Position numbers and translations under genes: made by a program. Below the pieces are notes generated by a model, which saw nothing but the letters and a program-made list of their open reading frames with translations, was not told the origin of the DNA and ran no database searches. From Minisyncoccia bacterium (GTDB taxonomy: Bacteria; Patescibacteriota; Minisyncoccia; Phycocordibacterales; UBA1550): a stretch of 46,201 bases of DNA. Location of the stretch: positions 79,110 through 125,310 of the forward strand of contig JBAQCU010000020.1 of NCBI GenBank assembly GCA_049294435.1, written 5' to 3'. Shown one piece after another: positions 1-7,024 of the stretch. Positions within the stretch are counted from its first letter, which is position 1. The number at the start of each line of letters is the position of its first letter.

Positions 1-190
1 AGCCAGACGATGACCACACGAGTGCGTTGCCAGTCTTGTCGGCAAGAAGAACTTTTGTGTTGTTGTATGTAGACTGAACATAAAGAGTCCCTTCAACGTG
101 CTTCTTTTTTGCTCCGCGAGAAAGAGCGCGGGATACCAATCCCTGGTCAACACTCTGTCCTTCTTTTTTGATAATTCGTTTTTTGCCCAT
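1..190 (-). CDS. rpsK: 30S ribosomal protein S11, N-terminal part (gene continues past the left edge)
   Basis: Not in the ORF track because it is truncated. Own translation from ATG (cat 188-190): MGKKRIIKKEGQSVDQGLVSRALSRGAKKKHVEGTLYVQSTYNNTKVLLADKTGNALVWSSSG. S11-like, in the conserved position after rpsM. Confidence 0.85.
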   Translation of the reverse strand, partial: MGKKRIIKKEGQSVDQGLVSRALSRGAKKKHVEGTLYVQSTYNNTKVLLADKTGNALVWSSSG

Positions 191-275
191 TGTATTAGTT
201 TTATAAGGTTAATAAGTTTTTAGAAGTTTTAGAAGTTGATCTCTTATTTAACTTATTAAACTTATCTAACTTTGT

Positions 276-656
276 TTACTTCTTGTCTGCCTTGCGTCGT
301 CCTGAACCCATCGTTGTACGCTTGTTTCCGCGAACAGTGCGTGAATTTGTCTTTGTGCGCTGACCGCGAACAGGGAGCTTTTTTGCGTGACGGGTTCCGC
401 GATATGCTTTGATTTCTTTCAAACGTTTTACGTTTGTTGATATTTCACGTTTTAGGTCTCCTTCAAGTGTGAGCCCTTCAATAACTTTACGAATTTTTGC
501 TTCGTCGTCTTGTGTTAAATCTTTGGCGCGCTTGCCGTGATCAATGCCGACTGTATCAAGGAGCTCCTTTGCGCGTGGACGACCAATACCGTACACTGAA
601 GTGAGGCTTATCTCCAATCTTTTTTCATCTGGTATTGTAACTCCGAGGATTCGCAT
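276..656 (-). CDS. rpsM: 30S ribosomal protein S13
   Basis: 126 aa: MRILGVTIP...VYGIGRPRAKELL...YRGTRHAKKLPVRGQRTKTNSRT. Typical S13 sequence and operon position. Confidence 0.95.
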   Translation of the reverse strand: MRILGVTIPDEKRLEISLTSVYGIGRPRAKELLDTVGIDHGKRAKDLTQDDEAKIRKVIEGLTLEGDLKREISTNVKRLKEIKAYRGTRHAKKLPVRGQRTKTNSRTVRGNKRTTMGSGRRKADKK

Positions 657-697
657 ATGATGTCTTTTAGTACTTAAAATAAATTAACTCTGTCTAT

Positions 698-811
698 TTA
701 GCCCTGACGCTGTTTATGACGAGGGTTTTCACAGATAACTCGAATACGGTCTCCGCGTTTGACCGTCTTGCATTTCACGCAGATTTTCTTTACTGATGCT
801 CGTACTTTCAT
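698..811 (-). CDS. rpmJ: 50S ribosomal protein L36
   Basis: Below the ORF-track size cutoff. Own translation: [37 protein letters not shown] (37 aa, Cys/His zinc-ribbon pattern of L36). Lies between infA and rpsM. Confidence 0.9.
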   Translation of the reverse strand: MKVRASVKKICVKCKTVKRGDRIRVICENPRHKQRQG

Positions 812-836
812 ACTAAATATTGAAATGGATTAGATA

Positions 837-900
837 TTGCCGTAATTATTTCCTCGTTTCCCTTGAGTAAACAAATGAAATGATGAAATAATTACGGTAA
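837..900 (-). promoter_or_regulatory. Stem-loop in the predicted 5' UTR of rpmJ-rpsM-rpsK
   Basis: Arms ccgtaattatttc (840-852) and gaaataattacgg (885-897), 13 bp extendable to about 16 with a wobble pair, about 32 nt loop. Lies between the predicted promoter (926-954) and the rpmJ ATG. Confidence 0.4.
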
Positions 901-925
901 CATGCAAAAACAAAACAGTGAGGGT

Positions 926-954
926 ATTATATCGCATTTAAAATAAAAATGCAA
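926..954 (-). promoter_or_regulatory. Sigma-70 type promoter for rpmJ-rpsM-rpsK
   Basis: Minus strand reads TTGCAT (949-954), 17 nt spacer, TATAAT (926-931). Gives a leader of about 105 nt. Confidence 0.55.
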
Positions 955-977
955 GGGCCATTACGGAGCATGCCCCA

Positions 978-1082
978 CAATTAACCTTTGACCCCCGCCT
1001 TGCGGACATTTGACAGGTCGCCGTTTGCAAAAAGCAAACGGCGTGACCCTTGTCAGTTGTTACATGTCAATTGTTAAATGTC
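978..1082. repeat. TTGAC-word palindromic element, copy L1
   Basis: caattaacctttgac..ggacatttgacaggt [cgccgtttgc aaaaa gcaaacggcg, 1019-1043] gtgacccttgtcagttgttacatgtcaattgttaaatgtc. The left half has TTGAC words and the right half GTCAA words, around a central 10 bp hairpin. Confidence 0.5.
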
Positions 1083-1298
1083 TTAAAGGCGCTTGATAAT
1101 TCTGCCCTTTCCGCCATATGGGTCCAGCTTCACCATTACTTTGTCCCCAATGAGAACTTTTATGCGATGCAAACGCATTTTCCCAGCCAGGTAGCAGATG
1201 ATGATTTTCCCATCAGCGAATTCTACCCTAAACATGGCGCTCGGTAGCGCCTCTATTACCTCTCCTTGTGTAAGTTCTTCTTTTTCTATTTCTGCCAT
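1083..1298 (-). CDS. infA: Translation initiation factor IF-1
   Basis: 71 aa S1-like OB protein: GEVIEALPSAMFRVEFADGKIIICYLAGKMRLHRIKVLIGDKVMVKLDPY. Confidence 0.95.
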   Translation of the reverse strand: MAEIEKEELTQGEVIEALPSAMFRVEFADGKIIICYLAGKMRLHRIKVLIGDKVMVKLDPYGGKGRIIKRL

Positions 1299-1348
1299 TT
1301 GTGAACGCTCATAATACCAAAACTCCTAACAATCGTCAATGACACCAG

Positions 1349-2680
1349 TTATTTCGTGATTATTTTTACAATAATTTTTGCTGGATCAGTTGGAAATGCC
1401 TTCTTCCAAATGGGGCGAATTATCACATTTACACCTCCAATATTAATTTGTTTCTTAGTTATCTCATTAATGTCCTTTTTATTCTTCCCAGCAAAATCTT
1501 CGCTTATTTTTTTTGAGTCAATCTTCCCGACAAAGTCCGCCTTTCCAGTCAGATGAAAACGTATTGTTTCAAGATCTGAAAGAATAATATTGTTTACCTC
1601 CTCAACAAACTTAAAATCAAGCGCTGATATATTTGTAATTACAAATGGATTTTCTCTATCCTCTAAGGGTAAAAGTTCCGCTATTTTTTTTGTAAGCTCT
1701 GCAGTGTCAAAAAAGAAGACGGATACAGTTGCGCGCATTGAAACGGTTGAGGGGTGATCAAAATTTTGTGGAACTTCCTCAAATCTTACAATCATACTAC
1801 CAGGGAAAAACGAAACCTCTGTAGGAATTTGCGCGCGCGCTTTTTCAACTGCAATCTTTTTTAAGTCCTGCTTAAGTTCTTCCTGTGCCAGCACTATCGC
1901 CTCATCCGAAGGAACTTTTTTAACTTCTGAAAAACCACCTGTTATTGGCGAATAAGGCTTCGAACTTGCTGTGAATTTTGTATAACGAGGGTCCCCTTTA
2001 AAACCTGGAATAGTGAAGTTTGTGTTTCCAATATTATAATCCTTGCCTACAGTATCTGCGTACACCACAACCTCTATGGCGCCCGGATTAGTAACCTTTC
2101 CACCTGAAACTTTTGCTCCTGGAACAACAACGGATTCATCAATACGAAAAATCTTATGTGTAACATCGTCTTCAAGGCGTGTATTTTTAATTAACCGTTG
2201 ACTATCAGCACTGTACTTATTATAGATTGTTACTACGCCAGAAGCCTTCTTTTGAATCTTTTTTTCTATTGTTGCTGGAACTTCTTTTGCCTTTTCTTCT
2301 GTGAGGCTCGTAAAATGGAATACTAATTCGTCTTCGTTTTCGTCAACTGTAGCGGTAAACTTATTATCAATTTGCACACCTCGCGTGATTGGCGTTACCT
2401 CTATCGTCGCCATAGCAAAGTAATTTGCTAAAAAAAACCCAGCTGTCAACAAAAGCGCAAAAAGTAGGGCAAAGAGAACGCCTTTGCCAGCGCCACGACC
2501 TTTTTGCTGTTCCAAGTTCTTTTTCCGAGGCTTCTCAAAAAAAGGGTTCTTACCAATGCGGTCGCCATCGTCGTCTCTTGTTGGTGCCAAATATTGTTCA
2601 GGTGTTGTTTGCGGACGACGAATAACATCGTTCTTAGGTACTGTTAAGTCTTTCGTTGGTTTTCTAATAATGTCTTCCAT
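1349..2680 (-). CDS. Hypothetical single-pass membrane protein (basic N-terminal tail, one TM, large extracytoplasmic domain)
   Basis: 443 aa ORF with TM segment GVLFALLFALLLTAGFFLANYF. The start is 2 nt after the stop of the upstream FtsA/PilM-like gene, so the two are probably translationally coupled. No family recognised. Confidence 0.7.
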   Translation of the reverse strand: MEDIIRKPTKDLTVPKNDVIRRPQTTPEQYLAPTRDDDGDRIGKNPFFEKPRKKNLEQQKGRGAGKGVLFALLFALLLTAGFFLANYFAMATIEVTPITRGVQIDNKFTATVDENEDELVFHFTSLTEEKAKEVPATIEKKIQKKASGVVTIYNKYSADSQRLIKNTRLEDDVTHKIFRIDESVVVPGAKVSGGKVTNPGAIEVVVYADTVGKDYNIGNTNFTIPGFKGDPRYTKFTASSKPYSPITGGFSEVKKVPSDEAIVLAQEELKQDLKKIAVEKARAQIPTEVSFFPGSMIVRFEEVPQNFDHPSTVSMRATVSVFFFDTAELTKKIAELLPLEDRENPFVITNISALDFKFVEEVNNIILSDLETIRFHLTGKADFVGKIDSKKISEDFAGKNKKDINEITKKQINIGGVNVIIRPIWKKAFPTDPAKIIVKIITK

Positions 2681-2682
2681 AT

Positions 2683-3867
2683 TTATGCATGTTGTTTAAG
2701 GAGTTTCTCCGCAAGAAGCACTTCTACTACAACGAATGGGTCTCGAGCTACTTCTGTGTCAAACAAAACAAATTTTGAAACAATATGCTGATCTAGGTAT
2801 TGTACATCTAATTCGGCACCAGTCAAAAGCTCCGATTTTAACTTTGCAACAACATTCATAAAAAATGCTGAAATATCAGAGTCCGTTGTAAAAAAGATTT
2901 TGTGCGGGGTTATGCTGTTTCCCGAAAAAGTCATGATCGCTTTTTCAAACCTTGCAAGCCACTCCTTCTCAGCCTGAGCTACTATCCATGCAACTTCTTT
3001 CTGCCTCACAGCATCAAGCTCCTCGCGAAGAAACATCTCAAAAAGTGTTGTTGCCTCTTCATGCACAGTGCGCAAACGCGCGGAAATTTCGCGAATAAAA
3101 AAATTCTTTCCACGAGGAAAAGAAACTGTGCGTGCAAGTAAGTCGTTTTCCACACGCGACACGTCTGTAGCCTCCCCAGTAATGTCCAAAAAAAGAAAAT
3201 TCTTTTCTGTTGGAAAAATATCTCGTATCGCGCTAAATGCAGCCACGGGGAACGCCCCAAAATGCACAGATTTAGCGTGAAAAAAATTATTTATTTTTCG
3301 CTCAATGCTTTGGATAACCTTAGCAGATGAAACTCCGACTGTCACAGTCATTTCCATACGTGAAGTTTTTTGTTTGTATGGATTCTTTATTTCATACCCA
3401 TTCAATTTAATCTGGATGATTTTCTTTTCAATGATTCTTACATCATCTGGTGGAAGAGTGGCTTTAAGTTCGTTTTTTAATTTTAAAATATCCTCATCAA
3501 TAAATTTTTCAAGTGAACGCTCGGAAACTTCAAACTCCTCATTTTTGATAATTTTTAGCTCGCGCGTTTTCAAAATAAACCATGGTGATGAAAGAGTGCA
3601 AAAAAAATGTTTAGGATTCCCCGTTGTCTTCGTCTTCTCTTGTAGATCTTTCAATACTTTGTCTAACGCTTTATTCATTGAAAGCAGGAAACGAGCGGAT
3701 GAAAGAACTTCCTGAAAAGAAATGTCTTCGCGGATACTGGCTATAATCTTAGGTATCTCTCCCTTTTCAATTTTAACTAATGCGGCGCCAACGCTCGCGG
3801 AACCAATATCAACAATGAGCGTGAGCGTTTCGTTTTGTTTTTGTCCTCCAAATAAAGAAAAAGTCAT
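2683..3867 (-). CDS. Actin-fold (ASKHA) ATPase, FtsA/PilM-like
   Basis: Phosphate-binding motifs LIVDIGSASVGAALV and FLDITGEATDVS. I prefer the ATG at 3867 (MTFSLFGG..) over the TTG at 3906, because an extended -10 (TGGTACAAT) lies 9 nt upstream of it. Confidence 0.6.
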   Translation of the reverse strand: MTFSLFGGQKQNETLTLIVDIGSASVGAALVKIEKGEIPKIIASIREDISFQEVLSSARFLLSMNKALDKVLKDLQEKTKTTGNPKHFFCTLSSPWFILKTRELKIIKNEEFEVSERSLEKFIDEDILKLKNELKATLPPDDVRIIEKKIIQIKLNGYEIKNPYKQKTSRMEMTVTVGVSSAKVIQSIERKINNFFHAKSVHFGAFPVAAFSAIRDIFPTEKNFLFLDITGEATDVSRVENDLLARTVSFPRGKNFFIREISARLRTVHEEATTLFEMFLREELDAVRQKEVAWIVAQAEKEWLARFEKAIMTFSGNSITPHKIFFTTDSDISAFFMNVVAKLKSELLTGAELDVQYLDQHIVSKFVLFDTEVARDPFVVVEVLLAEKLLKQHA

Positions 3868-3876
3868 CGTATAATT

Positions 3877-3885
3877 ATTGTACCA
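3877..3885 (-). promoter_or_regulatory. Extended -10 element (TGGTACAAT) 9 nt upstream of the FtsA-like ATG
   Basis: Minus strand reads catGGTACAATaattatacgATG, with no SD in between. Confidence 0.45.
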
Positions 3886-3914
3886 TGCGCAGGCTATAAG
3901 ATTCAATCGTATAA

Positions 3915-3960
3915 AAACAAAAAAACACCGAGCGTAATGATTGCGCTCGGTGTTTTTTTG
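3915..3960. terminator. Bidirectional intrinsic terminator (downstream of rpsP)
   Basis: A-run, stem acaccgagcg / cgctcggtgt, then a T-run. Confidence 0.75.
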
Positions 3961-3968
3961 TTTTGAAA

Positions 3969-4427
3969 TTACTCTGCTTTTGGAGTCTCTGTTGTTGATT
4001 CAGGAGATACTTCTTCTGTAGCTTCAGCTGTCACTTCAGATTGATCTTCTGCGACTACTTCTTCTGCAACTTCAGCTACAGGAGTTTCGGTTTCAACTGC
4101 AACTGGTGCTTTTGCTTCTACTTTAGGAGCCTCCCCTGCCTTTTCCTTTACAATAGGAGTCTTCCTTCCCAAAACGTTTATCTTCTTCCCTGTAACTGCC
4201 TTGAGGTCAATGAGGAGATTATGCACTGTGCCTGATGCTTTTGCGCCTACCGACATCCAGTACTTTGTGCGGTCAAGATTAATAATTGGTTTGCCCATGC
4301 GCGCATTGTATGAACCAAGAACCTCGATAAAGTTTCCAGTCTTTGGCTTCAATTTTGAATCTGCGACGATGACGCGGAATGATGGGTCATTCTTGCGGCC
4401 AACGCGCTGTAATCTGATGTTTAACAT
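3969..4427 (-). CDS. rpsP: 30S ribosomal protein S16 with an acidic Ala/Glu/Thr/Val-rich C-terminal extension
   Basis: MLNIRLQRVGRKNDPSFRVIVADS... is a canonical S16 N-terminus, so I prefer the internal ATG at 4427 over the TTG at 4463. The last ~70 aa are low-complexity (PVAVETETPVAEVAEEVVAEDQSEV..). Confidence 0.9.
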   Translation of the reverse strand: MLNIRLQRVGRKNDPSFRVIVADSKLKPKTGNFIEVLGSYNARMGKPIINLDRTKYWMSVGAKASGTVHNLLIDLKAVTGKKINVLGRKTPIVKEKAGEAPKVEAKAPVAVETETPVAEVAEEVVAEDQSEVTAEATEEVSPESTTETPKAE

Positions 4428-4446
4428 GAAGAGCATCCTATCAAAA

Positions 4447-4484
4447 AGCCCAGAAACAGTCAAGCATCTGACTGTTTCGGGGCT
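4447..4484 (-). promoter_or_regulatory. Terminator-like hairpin plus U-run about 20 nt upstream of the rpsP start
   Basis: Minus strand reads agccccgaaacagtca gatgct tgactgtttctgggct tttt (16 bp stem, 1 mismatch). No upstream co-oriented gene exists that it could terminate. Confidence 0.35.
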
Positions 4485-4486
4485 TT

Positions 4487-4573
4487 ACAACTGACCGCCA
4501 ACATTTAACAATTGACCAGAAAAAACGAATTGCATATAGTTCAACTGTCTCAGATGTCACCTGTCAAATGTTC
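4487..4573. repeat. TTGAC-word element, copy L2 (divergent rpsP/rnr intergenic region)
   Basis: acaactgaccgccaacatttaacaattgacc ... caactgtctcagatgtcacctgtcaaatgt. Same words as L1 and L3-L5. Confidence 0.4.
4512..4540 (+). promoter_or_regulatory. Sigma-70 type promoter for rnr
   Basis: TTGACC (4512-4517), 17 nt spacer, TATAGT (4535-4540). Confidence 0.55.
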
Positions 4574-6628
4574 CCCAATTGTGCTATCTTAATGAACAAT
4601 ATGACAGATAAAAAACAACTTGAATCAGCAGATTCACGTCTTGGGCGCTCCGGCAACTTTGTTGAAGGTGTTATTACCACAACGGCAAAGGGTTTCGGCT
4701 TTGTTTCTGTTGGCGAAGATAGTCCACGAGAAAACGACATTAAAATTGAGGCGGGGTTTCTCAATACCGCACTCCCACGCGACCGTGTAAAGGTGAGACT
4801 CAATGCCAAAATAAGCGACATACAACAGACTGGCGAGGTGGTTGAGGTACTTGCGCGCGCTAAGAACACTTTTGTTGGAACAATAGAGCAAGACAGTACG
4901 ACAACTTACTTAATTCCTCAAGACACGCGTATTTATGTTGACTTTCTTATTCCAAACCCACCGCACGAGGAAGAACTCAATGGCAAAAAAGTACTCGTAC
5001 GACTTTCAGGCTGGACAGACCCAAAGAAAAATCCTACGGCGGAGATTATTGAGGTTCTCGGTCAGGCTGGAGACAATGAAACAGAGATCCGCGCTATAGT
5101 CCTCGACAAAGGTCTCCAAATGGAGCTCCCAGATGAAATTCACCGCGAAGCTGACGCACTCAAGGCCAAGGCTCCAGCGTTCATCGCAGATGAAGCAAAG
5201 AAGCGACGCGACTTCCGCAAGGTAACAACTTTTACCATCGACCCTGTAGACGCAAAGGATTTTGACGATGCTATTTCTATACAAACACTTCCGAGCGGCG
5301 ACATCGAAATTGGTGTACATATTGCAGATGTGTCTGCATACGTAAAGCCACACGCGGCAATAGACGAAGAAGCTCGCCGTCGCGCAACATCTATATACTT
5401 AGTGGACCGTGTTGTACCAATGTTCCCTGAGGTTCTTTCAAACGACCTTTGTAGTTTGAACGAAAAAGAAGACAAGCTTGTTTTTTCAGCTGTGTTTACA
5501 TTCGCGCCAGATACTGCAAGCAACCCAACATCAAAAGTAACTGTGGAGGACGCATGGTTCGGACGCGCAATCATCAACTCGGCGAAGCGTTTTACATACG
5601 AGAACGCGCAAGAAATTCTCGATAATGGCAAAGGACTTTTTTATGATGAACTGAATACTCTCAATCTCATCGCAAAAAAATTGGTAGTACAGGACAGAAC
5701 AGAAGGCGCAATTTCCTTTGAACACGAGGAAGTGCGTTTTGAGTTGGACGAAAACAAAAAGCCTATTCGCGTGTACACAAAAAAGTTTCAAGATACTAAC
5801 AAGCTCGTTGAAATGTTTATGTTGCTCGCAAACAAAAAAGTTGCGGAATACGTTTCTTTAAAATTGAGTAACATTCAAGGAAAAACTGCTCACCCCGACC
5901 ACGAGGGAGATCTCTTTGTGTACCGCGTGCACGACGAGCCCAAAACAGAACGCCTTGTTGAGCTCTCAAAATTTGTCGCAGGACTTGGCTACAAGCTCCC
6001 TATCAAGGAAGGGCGTGTTTCATCCTCTGATATAAATAAATTCCTCGAACAGATAAAGGGCAAGCCTGAGGAAAATATGTTGAACACCGCAACCATTCGC
6101 ACAATGGCTAAAGCGATTTATTCCACACACAACATCGGGCACTACGGTCTTGCTTACGAGCACTACACTCACTTCACATCCCCTATTCGCCGTTATCCAG
6201 ACGTAATGGTACATCGCATTCTCGCCCACTTCCTCGCTGATGAAAAGGTGACTAAAGAGGAGATGGAGGAATACCGTAAACTCGCCTCTCACTCATCAGA
6301 AATGGAAAAGGCCGCGTCAGATGCCGAAAGAGCTTCTATCAAATTTAAACAGGCTGAGTATATGAGCGTGCGCGTGGGCAAGGAGTTTAACGGCACAATT
6401 TCGGGAGTTGCTGAGTGGGGTGTATTTGTGGAAGAAGATGAGACCAAGTGTGAAGGCCTCATTCGCATTTCTGATTTGGGTAATGACTACTATATTTTTG
6501 AAAGAGACAAATATCGCATTGTTGGCAGGCAAGGAAAGGAAAAATTCCAACTTGGCGATAAAATAAAGTTCCGCGTAAAAGAAGTTGATTTGGAAAAGAA
6601 GAGCATTGACTACGAACTGGTGAGGTAG
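4568..6628 (+). CDS. rnr: Ribonuclease R (RNB-family 3'-5' exoribonuclease)
   Basis: 686 aa with cold-shock-like N-terminus (KGFGFV), RNB motifs (DPVDAKDFDDAISI, HYGL..YTHFTSPIRRYPD) and a C-terminal S1 domain. The start could also be the ATG at 4592 or 4601. Confidence 0.9.
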   Translation: MFPNCAILMNNMTDKKQLESADSRLGRSGNFVEGVITTTAKGFGFVSVGEDSPRENDIKIEAGFLNTALPRDRVKVRLNAKISDIQQTGEVVEVLARAKNTFVGTIEQDSTTTYLIPQDTRIYVDFLIPNPPHEEELNGKKVLVRLSGWTDPKKNPTAEIIEVLGQAGDNETEIRAIVLDKGLQMELPDEIHREADALKAKAPAFIADEAKKRRDFRKVTTFTIDPVDAKDFDDAISIQTLPSGDIEIGVHIADVSAYVKPHAAIDEEARRRATSIYLVDRVVPMFPEVLSNDLCSLNEKEDKLVFSAVFTFAPDTASNPTSKVTVEDAWFGRAIINSAKRFTYENAQEILDNGKGLFYDELNTLNLIAKKLVVQDRTEGAISFEHEEVRFELDENKKPIRVYTKKFQDTNKLVEMFMLLANKKVAEYVSLKLSNIQGKTAHPDHEGDLFVYRVHDEPKTERLVELSKFVAGLGYKLPIKEGRVSSSDINKFLEQIKGKPEENMLNTATIRTMAKAIYSTHNIGHYGLAYEHYTHFTSPIRRYPDVMVHRILAHFLADEKVTKEEMEEYRKLASHSSEMEKAASDAERASIKFKQAEYMSVRVGKEFNGTISGVAEWGVFVEEDETKCEGLIRISDLGNDYYIFERDKYRIVGRQGKEKFQLGDKIKFRVKEVDLEKKSIDYELVR

Positions 6629-6633
6629 ATCAA

Positions 6634-6671
6634 AAAATAGCCCCCGCAACGTAAACGTTGCGGGGGTTTTT
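6634..6671. terminator. Bidirectional intrinsic terminator
   Basis: aaaaaatag cccccgcaacgt aa acgttgcggggg ttttta. Confidence 0.8.
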
Positions 6672-6687
6672 ACTTAGGCTTTTTGAC

Positions 6688-6966
6688 CTAATAATAATCA
6701 TTGCGAATATGAAACTCGCATGCCCAAAAGAAAAACATTAGCCAAAATGCGATTGCCCATATTGTTGCAGTACTATGTCCGCTTTCCTCTGTAGACAAAA
6801 CTGTGCCATAAACCGCAAGCGTTCCTATCACAATTCCGATTGGGACCTGTAGCACTCGTAACGGATGCAACTTATTCCACCACCGCAGTTTCTTTTCTGG
6901 TGGTTGGCGAAACTTATCCAGAGAAATTACTTTTGACTGGTCGCAACAACCGATTCCCTTACTCAT
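6688..6966 (-). CDS. Small hypothetical membrane protein
   Basis: I prefer the internal ATG at 6966 (MSKGIGCC..), preceded by AAGGAGAAAATA. The longer ORF would overlap the smc 3' end. Two predicted TM helices. Confidence 0.55.
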   Translation of the reverse strand: MSKGIGCCDQSKVISLDKFRQPPEKKLRWWNKLHPLRVLQVPIGIVIGTLAVYGTVLSTEESGHSTATIWAIAFWLMFFFWACEFHIRNDYY

Positions 6967-7024
6967 TATTTTCTCCTTAAAAATTGTAAAAAGTATAACT
7001 TTAGCAAGTATACCACAAATTGAG

